Shown piece after piece: positions 42,322 to 55,715 of a DNA stretch of 64,000 nucleotides. The stretch is from Trichosphaerium sp. ATCC 40318 (lineage: Eukaryota; Protista; Tubulinea): the NCBI GenBank assembly GCA_038496445.1, contig JALMLS010000149.1, positions 1-64,000 on the forward strand. Direction: 5' to 3'. The stretch's first letter is position 1. Every line of letters starts with the position of its first letter. Made by a program: the position numbers and the translations under genes. Below the pieces are notes generated by a model. It made no database searches and was not told where the DNA came from. It saw only the letters and a list, made by a program, of their open reading frames with translations.

Positions 42322-45300
42322 CTATTTTGTAGATGTTCCCTTTGGTTTCTTACCCATAGAAGACGAAGGAGATACACCTCCTGCGCCCACTTTATTGCGA
42401 TTGCTCATGTACATACGGAAATACTAAAGAGTAAAGAAATCAGAAAACGAAGACAAAAAATCTTTAATAAGAAATAGATGCAGCGAAAAGAGCATCATTC
42501 ACTTTTGTTAGAAAAAAACCGATTCATAACAAACTTACCACATGAGAATCTCCCTGGTTTCCGCTCTTTACTGCCTTTGTCAAGAAATCTCTATTTTTCT
42601 CGTTCTCTTTGTTATCCCTACATTTTTTAATTAGCAACAAAAAAAAAACAATCTTATATTCAAACAACGATTTGTGGACAACCACGTACGTTTGAGATAA
42701 TAGAATCTTGTTGATTTTCTCATATTTCTCCTTTAGTACACCATGTGTAACAGCCAAGTCTTGGAATTTCTTTTGGAAAGGTTCAAGCTCATCAATTTGT
42801 TTCTTTAACTCTGCATTGAAAAAAAGTAAGAACTGAGTTCAACCTTCAAAAGAACAGTTTAATATTTACCTTCGAGTTCCTCTTCTTGGTCATTAAATAG
42901 GATATCATTACTCTTACGGTCTTCATCCAAGTACTCAAGTTCAGCTTCCTTCTCTTCAAGGGCAGCAGTCAATTCTTCGACTTGTTTTTTGGTTGCCTTA
43001 AAATATTGTTAAGTCACAATCAACAAAAAAAAAAAAACAAAGATGAGATGTACCTCTAGTTCCTTTGCTTGAGTGGTCAATGCGCTATCCTTCTTTCCAG
43101 AATATGATTTAAGGGATTCTTTGGCACCATCTAAGGAGAGACGAAGCTTTACAAGCTTATCTTTAAGACCTTCATTTTCCCTATTTTTCCTGTTAGTCCA
43201 CATGTTTGGCGTTGGTTCTTCGAATAGCGTACTTTTTCAATCGGTTTTTAACCTTTTCTAGCTCATCAATACGACTGGTAGTAGAGCTAGCTTGTTCAGC
43301 GATATGTGTAGCAGCCTCTCTCTCTTTAGATCGAAGTTTAGCTGTAAGGTCTTCATATTCTTTGACTTTAACTTCAAGTTGTTCTCTTTGTCTAAGTGTA
43401 GCACGTCTTTCAGACTCAAGCTTTTTAAACTCATCTTCACCCTTCCTTAGAGCTACTTTCAACTGTGCTTGCTTCCTTTCAACCAAGGTCTAGATGGAGA
43501 AGGATTTATAAGAAAAGGATGTTCAGTTTTCTTTTTTCATTTTGTTTCTGTACCTTTTCTTTAGTCAACTCCTCAGTTCTTAGCTTAAGCTCTGCCTTTG
43601 AAGTCTCAAGTTGTATAACTTGTTGTTCAAGGTTTGCTTTCTGAGCTTCTAGCTCAGATTTGTCATGCGCAACCAAAGCTAAGGCACGTTCACGCTCATT
43701 TTTGGCTTCACCAAGCAATTGCTTTTGTCTACCAATATCCTCAATTTCACGTTGTTTCTTTGCATTCTCTTGCTCTAAACACACAAGAAATAAGCATTCT
43801 CTTTTCCCAAATAAAACAAAAAAGACATTGTTATACTTACCCAACAATCCAACACGACGTTCAAGTTGACTCTTTTGTTTAGAAAGTTTGTTAAAACTAC
43901 CTTGCAATGCCTTAAAAGCCATTAATACTTCGAATATTACGCATGGAGAAAAAGCAAAGGTGAGTCCAATATAACAACGTACAACATGGTTACCATGCAT
44001 GGTATTAATCTCAGCATCCTTCTCACGAAGATCAGCGTTCTTGCTATCAACCTGTGACTTCAAGGACTCAACCTTTAAAAAAAAATTAGTAAAAAACCCC
44101 GTAATCTACACTTCCAAGAAACTTTACAACGTACCTGTTGAACAGTCATTTCAAGACGTTTCTGTAAGTTAGCACCACGTGTTTGTTCATTACGTAGAAC
44201 ACCCTCAAGTGATTGTCCAGCAGCATTTAGCTTAGAAACAGCAGATTCGAGTTCTCTGATGCTATTAACCTTGCCTGCAATATCTCTCATTGCTTGAGCG
44301 ATATCAGATTTCTGGTTCTCAACAACGTTATTGAGACCTTCAATGCGGTTTGATTTGTTCATTATATCACCATTGAGCTTCTCAATATTATTTTCAAGGC
44401 ATTCAATACCATGAGTCTTAGAAGCAATATCAGATTTTAAGTTTGACACGAGTTCATCCAAGTTTGAAATGTTCTTTGCCTTCTTAGCAATATCGGCTTG
44501 TAAGCTTGCTACATTACTGTTTAGGCTTTGAATAGTTGCTCTATGTGATCCTATCTCTGCTTGTAATTGTGTTTGTATTTGCTACAAAGGATATTAGCAA
44601 GTGAAGGCCATATAAACGGCAGAATGAAGTTGGGTGTTCAACAAAAAAAAATCAGGGAAAAAAAAGTACGAACCTCAGCGTTGCTTAGTTCGCTTTGAAG
44701 TCTGGCTTGAGTTTGTTCAAGTAAGCCTGTCAAGCGTTGATTCTCTTGAGCAAATTGTGCTTCATTTGAAGTCATGGTATCAGTGAGGGTACCAATCTCT
44801 CCTTGAAGTTCAGCGCATACTTTAGAATACTTGGCAGTTTTGGCAGCAAGTTCCTGGCATTTATTGTCAAGCGCAGCTCTTGTCTCTTCAATATCTTGAT
44901 TGGCTTCATCCAACGCAATACGTAGAGAATTTGATTCTTCATGAGAAGCACCAAGTGCTTGATCAACCTCAGCCTTAAACAAAAAATGAGAAAAATCTCT
45001 CAAGAAAAAAAAAAAGCATTGAACTTACTTTTGAGTTAGCGATATCTTGTAGTTGGAGCTCGACCTCCTCAAGTTTAAAAGTAGTAGTAACATGATCATT
45101 AGAGAGAGCCTTCAATTGATTTTGGTATTCAGCAATGCTAGCATCCTGAGCGGCTTTCTCTTGTTCGAGAGCGCTCAAAGTTGTAGATCTGATGCGTAAC
45201 TCTTCTTGAACAGCATTAAAGTTACTCTCAAGTTGCTGAGCATGTGCTTGAATGTCATTGAGTTGCTCTGTAAGAGCGTTGATGCCAGCAGTGAGCTCTT

Positions 45301-48300
45301 CAATGCGTTTCTCTCCGTTCTTTTTGTGATACTTCAATTTTTCTACTTGCTCAGCATGAAGTAATTTGGTCTTATCAAACTCATTTGCAGCCTCTTCGCT
45401 CTGCTTAGCATATTCTTGTTTTGTTTGCTCAAAAGCTTCACTTAAAGAAACATGCTCGGAATGGAGTTGTTCGAGTTCAACAGTACGGTTGTCAATAGTT
45501 GTTTGCAGAGTGCTATTTTCACCTTGAAGAGCAAAGATGTGTTCCTTTGATGAACCAAGTTCGCTCTTTAGCTTTTCATGTTGACGGCTTAGCTCAGTAT
45601 GTTTCTTTTCTACTGCGTGTGTAATACTTTGAGCTTCCTTCAAGCGTTGATCGATACTTTCACGGGCAGTCTTGAGCTTCTCAAGCTGAAGAGGAAAAAA
45701 ATCAGAAAAGAAAGAAAAAAATCAAGTACCTCGCGTTGAACGTGAGTCTTCTCTGCTCTTGCTTTTTGTAGATCGCGATCAATAGAAGCTTTCTCAGCAG
45801 TAAGAGCGGATTTTTCTTGGACGAGAATCTTAAGCTTTTGCTCTGTGCTCTTTGTCTTGTTACTGAATTTCTCAGTTTCCCGCGTTTTTACCAAGAGCTC
45901 CTTCTCAGCAGATTTAACACGCATATTGGCTGACCTCATTTGCTTCTTTAGCTCTGATAGCTCGCTATTAACCTTTAATAGTTCAGCAGCATGGTCACGT
46001 GAGTCTGTTGAAAGCTTATTCTTCAGACGATCCAATTCATGAGATTTTTGTTGAACTTCCTTCTCAAGTTGTCCTTTTAGGTTCTTTAGTTGGTTTGCAG
46101 TGACCTTATCGTGTTTATTCTGAAGTCTAGTATCATTGTGCTCAGCGACAAGTTTAGAGTGAGCAGACTATGATAGAAATTAGCCACAAAACGAACATAA
46201 CAGAAAAGCAATCAAAGCTTCAAAGAAAATACCTTGAGAGAGTTAAGCTCCTTTGAAGCCTTTTGGTAAGCACTTGAAGTTGAGGAATACTCACTTTCAA
46301 GATTCTCCTTTGCGATAGAAACCTAAAAAACAAACCATCAGCACCAACATTAAAAGAAAAAAGAAAGAAAAAAAGAAGAAAAGAAAGGACTGAAAGCGAA
46401 CCTCGTGTAACTGTCTGGTGGACGTCTCAAGTTCTACTTGAGCAGAGGATAATGCTTTAGAGAGTTCTGTAAGATCATTGGAATAGTCATGGAGTTGTGA
46501 CTGCTTCGATTCCAAAGCACTTGTCAAACGCCTAACTTCCGATTCCAAGTCATCTTGCTTGCTTCCTGCTTCACTACGAGCTTTACGGTTACGTTGTTCA
46601 AGCGTCTCTACTTCAGCACTATGATATGATTAATATAATGGCTAAAGAAAGCTATACAAAGATGTAGGAAATAGAATCGTACCGCAAGCTTCTGACCTTG
46701 TCCATTGCTGATTCTTCGCGAGTTTCAGCATTTTTGAGCATACTTCTTAGTTTCTCTTCGGATACTTGACAACAGCTTAATTGTGTTGTAACGCGCTGTA
46801 ATTCTGCCTTGCATGAACGCAAATCATTTGACATTTTATTAGTATCTTGGCGATCACGAAGTCTCTCAGCTTCAATTGCATTCAACTAAAAAGCAAGAAA
46901 AATTAGATAAAAAAACCCTGAAACTGAGACATTACGAGATTAGTTTTTAAATTACAAAGCATCGTCCTTGCAAAATACAATGTGATTGTATAAAAACTGT
47001 AGCAAACGAACTTGCAATTCAAGAAGCGATTTTTGATTACGAAAAAAAAAATTTGGGAGTGAATGAGAAACACGTACTTTGTGCTCTAATTGTTCGTTTG
47101 AGTCTTGAAGCATAGAAGCACGTGAAGCTCTTGATTTGAACTCATCAATTTGGTTAGATAAATTCTTATTATCATGTTCCAATGATTGCTAAAGTTAACG
47201 TCAGTAAAACCGAACCAAAAAAAGCCAAAAAAGGCTGTAAGAAAAAAAGAAGAAAAAAAAAAGAAAGAAGATCGCCGGTTCTTAAAGTTACCTTAACATC
47301 AACCAAAGCGTTGTAAGTTTGACGAAGTTTAGTAAGTTGTTTCTCAAGTGACATTAATTTTTCAACTTTTTCTCTAAGATCACGTGTCTCTTGTCCTTGG
47401 GTCCATGAAACACCTTCCAAGCGTTTCTTCTCCTGTAAAAAAAAAAGTCAACAAAACGAGACAGACATGTCATAAAAACAATAAACTTGCTCCGAACGCA
47501 AACACTTACTTTTTCGAGTTCGTTGACTTTTCTTTCAAGTTCACATTTAGTTTGCTCTGTAAGATCAAGTCTCGTTTGGAGCTTCTTATTCCTCTTCTGA
47601 ATACGCTCAATATCTGTATCCGTATCGCCCAGTAAAGCATTTTGTTTACCATTACGGTATTCAGCAGTTTGGAGTTTTGTCGATAGCTCCTTGGAGAGAA
47701 TCTTTGCTTGTTCTCTTTCATGTTCAGCATTTGATAAATCTTGTTGAAGACGACTTATATTGGCATTACATCTTTCAGTTTCACTCTCTAGATCACTGAT
47801 CTTTGCATGTAATTCAGATACCTTAGCATTGTGCACTAAAAACCAATCATTAGGTCAAAATGTTTCGCGTTCAAAAAAAAAAAGACGAAAAATCGTACTG
47901 AGAAGAGTGTCAGATACTTTCTGTCTAAGCTGCTCAACTTCACGTGTTCTATCAATATTAACATTATCTACAGCTTCTGAAACACCTATGTAAGATAACA
48001 ATTAGTTAACAACCAATAACAAAGCAATCACGTAAAAAGAAACAAAAAAGAAAATTTTGGGATTTTTCCTGTACCTTTTGCTTTTTTGTACTGCGTGAAC
48101 ATTTGGTTGTTGGCTTGTTCTAAGCCTATGATTTCTTTTGTTTTATGTATTGTGGATTGTTCTAATTCTTGTACTCGACTCTGCAAGCTTGTCTTTTCCA
48201 GTTTCAAGTTGGCAACAATTATATTAGCCTATAAAAAAGAGGGAAAGGTCAGATTTAGGAACAAATACTATCATTGCAAAAGAGGTTGGCATTACCTTGT

Positions 48301-51300
48301 CAGCTTCTTCCTTTAGCTTTCTACAAGCTTCAAACATATCAGAATTTTTAGCCAAGTTGTTGATGGCTTTAAAAGTCTTGAGCTCGCTCAAGTTTTCTTC
48401 GAATTGTGTTTGCAATGTAGCGTGATGTTTCTTTAGAGTTTCCAAAGCTTGTTGAGATTCAGCAGCAACTTCAACCTCTTTTTCGCTCTTTCTCTTTAAC
48501 TGATCCATCTGGGATACAGCATTGGCGCTAAAAAGAAGAAAAGAAATCAGTAAAACAGCACATCCAAAAACAAAGAAAAAAAACAAGAATAAAGGAGTTC
48601 AAACGGACGTACTGTTCCTTCTCCATTTTTTGGAATTCAACAGATTGAGCTTCAAGACGACCTTTAAATTCTTTTGTAGATTGTCTCTCTTGTGCAAGAG
48701 CTCTCTCAATTTGCTCAAACTTAGCAGTTGCCTGTGTCAGTTCATTCTCAGTTTTACCTTCAAGAAAAAAGTCAATAATATTCTATCAAGGATTTCGTAG
48801 TAGGTATTGCGCACCTAGCTTTTCAGTGCATTTCGTTAGTGCTGCATCTTTTTCACCACATTCATTAGTGATAGCAGTAAGCTTTTCATCAGCGGTTTTA
48901 AACTTTGAACGAGCCAAATCAAGATTTGCATTCGCGAGCTTTATTTGTCCTAACAAAGCATGCTTTTCCTCCTCAAACTACATAAATTAGTCAATAAAAC
49001 GCTACTGCTACTATTATGGACACTGGTAGTACATACCTCTTGAGTCATACTTTCAACAATAGCTCCTGAATTATCTTGTTGATCACCTTGCAAACGTGCA
49101 ATTTCATGCTTGTACATTTCCAACTGTCGCTCATTGTCATCTTGAAGTCTATTAATCTCTTCTTCCATGTTAAGGCTCTCTTCAACTAGACGCTCTTCAT
49201 TCTCTCTGAATATTAACTCCTTAAAAAAATGGTGAGTTTAACGTTAATACAAAGAAAGCAAAGAGAAGAAAAGAAGAAAAGAGAAAGCCATTTTTTGTCG
49301 TACATTCTTTTTTGCCATTTCTTGCAATTTAGCTATTTCAGTGTCCTTCTCCTCCATAGCTCTTGTAAGAGATTTAATTTCAGCATCTTGTTTCTTCATT
49401 GCCAATTGGATCTCAGCATTATCCTCACCCTGTGAGGACTGATTTGAAGACTCTAGTTTTTCTTTTTCGGTCTTGAGCGCAAGAACCTCATTCTCACGTT
49501 GCTCAAGTTCTTCCTTTAGATCATCCAACTGTATACGCATCTGTTCAACATCCTATAACATGTTATAAGGAAAAGAACAACGTGATACAGAATAAACAAC
49601 AAAAGGTCGTACCTCTGGAGTATAATCTGGATTATCTTCAGCAGTTTTAAATAACATGTTATTGGTTTGTGCAAGCTAGAACATGTGATTAATAAAACGT
49701 CCGAAAAAAACCGCTAAAGAGCTAGATAGTTAAATTGCGTACTTCTTCCTTGGTTTCGCGTAACTCTTGTCGACCTTGCTTACACATTTCAACCAATTCC
49801 TCAACTTCTTTCTCAAGTGCATGTTTTTCTGTTCTACGATTTTTTGTCTCTCTTTCGATATCTTCTTTCAATTGAGCGTTTGCTCTCTAAAGAATACGTA
49901 AGTTATGAACACAAAAAAACAAACCCCAAAATCACGTGAAAAATAACACGTGATTTTGTTGTGCTAAAGAGCAAGAGACAAAAAATCTTACCTCGTATTC
50001 AGCCAACTTGTTTTTTAGTAATTTGATTTCAGCTGTAAAGAAATAAAAAGTTAGTTATCAGATCAAGGTATAAAGTGCTACGTTACCATTCTTTTGAACA
50101 TCATTTCGGGAAGAACGAGGACGAATAGCGGTTGTAGAGTGCCTATTACGTCTGCCTGTGACACCAGCAGGTAATCTATCACCTTCGGAATCGATGGTAT
50201 CGTCAAAGTTTTGTGAGAAGCCCAAATCGCCAGCAGTAATGTATTCAGCTGCCATTTTCTAAACAACAAAAATATTTAACAAAGACCTTCCTTCAGTCAC
50301 ATCAAAAAACTAGTTTGACGCACGTTTATCATAGACGGACAAATAGTCTCTCTGCGACCCTTTTTACGTTTCTACAAGTTCATGTTAACAAGGAGAGTGT
50401 TGGGAGATAGAAAATAATACCTTTTCTTTTGCAACACAACCTGCAGAAATAAAATAACGTGTTGCGTATTCTAACTTTGTTTCAAGAGTTCTTTTGGCTT
50501 GTTCTTGCTCTTCTGACATTGCCAATGTTTGCTCATACTAAAGCAAGTGTTAGACAGCAATAGAGATTAAATCTAAGAGAGTGTACCTTTTGTTTTTCCT
50601 GACGAAGAATCCGTAATTCTTCCATTTCTTCGCTTGTCAAGGAAGTAGGTTTTTTGCCTTGGCTACGCAATTTCTTTCGTAGTGTATCAATTTGGCGCTT
50701 ATACTTACTCATCATAGCCGCCTCATCCAATACCTCATTAACTTTCGGTTTGTTCTTAATGGATTTTGCGTTTTGAGCAAACTTCAAGGTAGATGAAGAC
50801 TGAGAAGTGTGATGAGCTGATGGTGTTATAGCACAGATCATCGATGTCCTAAAAACTCAAAAATCAGACATATAATACAAGCATAGTATATTAAAAGCTA
50901 AACAACGAACCGAGAGTTACCACCCAAAGCTGGTTGTAAAATTCTCGTGAGTTTACTGTTACGGTATTTGACATGTCTGACTTTACTAAAAAAAAAGAAA
51001 GTTAACGAAAAGGAAAGAGTCATGAAAGTAACGAACCCAGCAGATAGAGTTGATATAACCATGCCTAATGCAAGAAGACTTTTATTAATATGTCCTCCTT
51101 CTTGTTGCTGTTTTCCCTCAGAACCTGTCGCATGCGCGTTTTCTGATCCAGCCAAATCAACCAAATTCTGTAGAAAAAAAAATAGAGTTAACATCACTTT
51201 TGCCTACTTTTGTTGCTATGTCCACGTACTAGTTGTGATACTTTTACTGCTCCAGATAATGTACCAAGACTATGACGACCTTTGATGGCCTTTTGTGGGT

Positions 51301-52352
51301 TAGGAGACCTGTTTTCGTTTGAGCCTTGGGATATTCTTTTATTAGTATTAGATTTTTGGCTTTTATCTACGCTCTCTATAGTCTGCAGTACGCGTTAATA
51401 AACAGCAGAGGTGCTACGCAAGTAGTAAATATACGCACTATGCGAAAGATTGTGTGAGAGCGACTACTACGATCGTGGTAGTTGTGAGAAGCAACAGATC
51501 GGTTGCCTAAAAAAAGTCAGAACAAATGCTTGACTCGTCGCAATTAATAGCACCTTCTCCCTTCTCCAGTAAGCTGAGGACCTGATCTGGTGTTTTTACA
51601 AACACCTCTTCTATACCTTTAATGATAACCCCGCGTTTTACTGAATCGAGAACCTTGAGATTCTAAAAACAAAGAGATGAGTAATGGCATTACAAAAAAT
51701 TCTAGTAACAATACTTACCGTATTTTCTGGTTTTAGCAAGTCTCTTACAATCTCATTGTATATCTCAAAGTATGAAACACGTAACAGGTATTCTCGTTGC
51801 GTATCCTACACGCGAATTAGAAACGGAAAGTTCGCGAAATCCGGAATCCTTTAAAACCAAAAAAAAAACCTCGTGTTGGATTTCACTTTTTCTTTGTACG
51901 TACTTGATCAATGTGGGAGAATATTTGTTTGACAGCTGTTGGTGTTACTCCAGGACAACTTTCAGTACCTTTCATTGTGAAGGTTTTACCACTGCTAGTC
52001 TGTCCGTACGCGAAAATTGTGCCTGTAATGGATGAATTAGACGCTGTTTTGGGGGTTTAACGCCAAAGTATACCATTGATGCCATTCATTGCTTCTTGTA
52101 TTAAATCCTTCGCTACAAAGTCGTATAAATCACTTGTGGTCATCTCTGGGCCAATAACCTTGTCTGGAAGAAAGAATTAAAATTACAAACCCGTTAAACG
52201 ATATTACCGAATGAAAACGAATGTAACTGCTTCTCTCCATTGCATTGATGGAGTGTATTGCCTTCAATGTCCCATGAGGAGCCGTGATCTTGTTCATGCT
52301 TGCTTAGTGGGCGGACCCGTACGCATACGCGTATGTTGTCCTTATCCGACAT
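42322..52352 (-). CDS. CENPE: Kinesin-7 / CENP-E-like motor with very long coiled-coil stalk
   Basis: [86 protein letters not shown]; about 8 kb of coiled-coil exons. Confidence 0.9.
44280..44570 (-). repeat. About 4 degenerate 21-aa (63-bp) repeats in the kinesin stalk
   Basis: [20 protein letters not shown] / [20 protein letters not shown] / [20 protein letters not shown] / [14 protein letters not shown]. Confidence 0.7.
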
Positions 52353-52388
52353 TTGAAATGTCTTGCTGTGGTTGTTTAGTTTGATTTT

Positions 52389-52418
52389 TTTGAAATTTGA
52401 AACAAAACGGCGGGAAAA
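52389..52418. promoter_or_regulatory. CHR-like (TTTGAA x2), AACGG and E2F-like (GGCGGGAAAA) cluster in the kinesin-7/ALG12 divergent promoter
   Basis: tttgaaatttgaaacaaaacggcgggaaaa, 37-66 bp upstream of the kinesin ATG. Confidence 0.5.
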
Positions 52419-52589
52419 GAAATTTTGACCGCGGCATTACCTGTTGAAAAAGTGACACTTTGGTGTCGTATACACTAGGGAGTATTCTAAACGCAACTAG
52501 AGATACAACTACATCAAGAACAGTATTTGACTTTTTTTTAATTTCTATGACATTCATTGCAAAGTAAGGCTGGTGCGTACACTACGTTA

Positions 52590-54379
52590 ATGTGGGCTAA
52601 TTTGGATATACTCGCGCTTGCTGTGGTGACGCTCGTTCACTTGTGGGTTTGTCCATACGCCAAAGTTGAGGAAAGCTTTAATTTACAAGCTACACACGAT
52701 ATTATCTACAATGGTGTAAATTTAACGCAGGTGATAAATTGTTATGTTAAATTCGTGCTTAAACTCTTCAGTATGATCACAATGAATTCCCTGGAGTCGT
52801 TCCAAGGACTTTTTTTGGCCCACTTTTCCTTTCACTAGTCAGTAAGCCTATACAACTTGTATTTGGCCTCTCCGGCGTATACAAACCGCTATGTCAACTC
52901 CTTGGTATGTGACTCATCAAAACAACTTTCTATCCTGACAGACATTGCCAGTTCGCGCAGTTTTAGGCCTGTGGGTGGTGTATTGCTTTTCTAGATTCAA
53001 AAACGCTGTCAAAAAAGAATTCGGTACAGAAGTGGCATGGTAAGGCTAAAACATTGATTAATATAAACTCATACGCTTACAAAGTGTGCTTGTACTGATA
53101 ACAGCTTGTCAATTTCACTTGCCATTTTATTTCACGCGAACTTTACCAAATACATTTGCTTTGGGCGTTGGTACGCTAAATATAACCCTTCCTTTGAATT
53201 ATTGGATGTGCTACTGTGCGGTATCTCATTTGTTTTTTAGTGCTACTCGCTTATGCGTCTTGGTTTGCCGGGAAATACCACGTAACAATGGCGTACTTGG
53301 CATTTACTGCTATTGTATTCCGTTGTGAAGTTGTACTGCTTGCTGGACCAATCTTATTGCAAGCATTGTTCACTGGGAAAATAAACTTTTTTGGAACTGT
53401 ATTGAAAGGTATAGCAATCAGTCTTACATGTATCAGTACGTAGTACATATTCCCCGTGGTGTTCTCTATACTAAATTGTGATAATAGCTGCAACAGTACT
53501 TATTGACTCGTGGTTCTGGCAGAAGTGGTTGTGGCCAGAAGGCGTTGTATTTTTTGAAAACACGTGGAATAATATTAGTCCAAATTGGGGTGTATCCTTC
53601 TTTTTTCTGATTTCTTGTTCTTTCCATCTACACCATCCTTAACTTTAACAGACATCACCTTGGTACTGGTACTTCGCTTTAGCACTTCCAAAGGCTATAT
53701 CATTACCACTACTGTTCTTGCCTGTCGGATTGTACTTTGAGGGTAGTCGTTTGTTTCGTGTAGTATTACCAATCACAATATTCGTTGGATTGTACTCATG
53801 TCTTGCACACAAAGAACTACGATTTATATTCTATGCTATTCCAATCTATAACTTATGTTGTGCTGTGGGGCTAGTACGAATGTACGTCCACCTTGCTTCA
53901 TAACATTTTTAACCTAACTTTTTTGTTAAAAGGAAACGTGTCCATAAATACGCTTACTACTCCGCTTTTCTATTTTTAATTGGCGCACTTGTTGTTAGTT
54001 CTACTTTCTTGTACATATCTTCACATAATTATCCAGGAGGGCACGGATAAACAAAGCTGAAAAGCGTTTATTTCAACAAACTCTGATGATATTTTTTAGA
54101 CATGCTTTTAAAGAATTTCATGAGCTAGAAAAAGGTTCAGTTGATGTCAATGTACACATTGATGTTGCAGCAGCACAAATGGGAGTGTCCAGATTCGGTG
54201 AAATATACAGCGACTGGATATACTCAAAGCAAGAGGATGTTACAGACTACTCAGTATTTTCTCATTTGATAGATGAAAGGCAGAGCATACCCGGATTTAC
54301 TGTTGTTAAATCTATCGATGGATTATCAGGACTACGCATTCATCCTCAACTGTACATACACACTAAAAATGAAAGCTGA
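52590..54379 (+). CDS. ALG12: Dol-P-Man alpha-1,6-mannosyltransferase ALG12
   Basis: [58 protein letters not shown]...[35 protein letters not shown]. Confidence 0.96.
53592..53651 (+). other. U12-type (minor spliceosome) GT-AG intron in ALG12
   Basis: Donor GTATCCTT; branch site TCCTTAAC (53636-53643) 8 nt before the intron end; removal restores WG|TSPWYWYF. Confidence 0.92.
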
Positions 54380-54627
54380 ATAGTCTTCAAAAAGTCACAG
54401 ATTAGCGGTATACTATTGACATCATGACAACACCTAACTCGCTATGTGGTTTTTTTTGACTTGTTGAAAGGTTCGTCTTTCGAGGGATTCCTCCTTTATG
54501 TGACAACACAGTCTTTCCGTCTCACGAAAGCAAGTTTGTAGCAGCAATAGTACAGCCATTAATAATGTACACTAGGATTTATTTACAAAACAACAAATCC
54601 TTTTTTTGCAATGTATTTCCATCTTCT

Positions 54628-55521
54628 TTACCGACTGGCACATTGTTGTTCTAGAGAGTCACAAAATTGGGTCATAGCATCTAAATCAAGATTTCTTGTT
54701 ATATTTTCGATACAGTGTTCTGAGAAACGCTGTAAAACATCCTAAACCAAAAACGTCAAAAAAAAAGAAAAGTTGAAAAAATTCGAAATGTGTAGCAATT
54801 TGAAGACTGTGCGTACGTCAATAATATCTACAGAGGACTTGGATTGCTCGTGCAAAGGCGTCATTGTTTCTGGATCATAATCGAGCTCCTCAAGCTTGCT
54901 TTCGTATTTTTTGACTTTTTGTAACGCATTTTCGTGTTCATCACTCATAGTTTGATACCTTGCGCGTAGATCAGCGTATCTCAAGTTTCCTTCAACAATC
55001 TGATTTTCTTTCTCTTGCATGGCTGCTTCATACGCCTTCTTTTCATTCTTAATAGGTGTCAATGACTGCATATAGTAACACACGTTTTGTACGTACAAGT
55101 GCTTGACTGCTCGTAACAGCTTGAGCATTTTTTAACTCCTCGTTCGCTTTTATGCTCTGCTGTAGCGCCTGTTTGAGCTCTACGTAGCCCATAACCTTTG
55201 GTCCTTTTCCCGCTCTTTCGCTTGCTTTTGGACTTGGTTTTGCTCTATAGCCGTTACAACAAATAATGTAATTTTGTCGTACTTTGGAGCCATTGGGGAG
55301 CGCATGGTTGCTTTTGGCGTAGAACGCTTTTTAATTTTGACAACTTTACGTTTTTTCACTGTAGAAGGTGTGGAGAAGGTGCTACGTGTAGCTGGTTGTT
55401 GTGGTCGATTCAATTGCGTTTTAACAACGACACGGGGCTTTATCTGCTTAAGAGGCTCCCGCCTCTTTGTTGTGGTAGTACCTGCATTGCGGCGTTTTGT
55501 TGCACGCGCACGAGAGTTCAT
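54628..55521 (-). CDS. Basic disordered N-terminus + coiled-coil protein, possibly spindle/kinetochore (SKAP-like)
   Basis: K/R/T/P-rich N-terminus with TP/SP sites, coiled coil, LEELDYDPETM, ends MTQFCDSLEQQCASR*. The gene is solid; the identity is speculative. Confidence 0.55.
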
Positions 55522-55715
55522 AGCTGTCTACTTGCGGTTAAATGAAAACGTTGATTTGAATATTTGGTCTGTTTTTTACGCACTATTGCGTTATAAGTAA
55601 AATCCAGTCCAATACAACTGCGTTTAAACAAAAACAGAGCCGCCACCAGTCAGCGAGAGTCGTTTATTGTCGAATCTATTTACCAACAACCGTCAATGCA
55701 ACTGTAGCACTTACT

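Noticed and set aside
44587-44594. ATATCCTT on the minus strand (AT-AC donor)
   Set aside because: Lies in the acceptor tract of a normal GT-AG kinesin intron.
43073-49435. Many + strand Ser/Leu/Phe-rich ORFs
   Set aside because: Antisense to kinesin coiled-coil exons.
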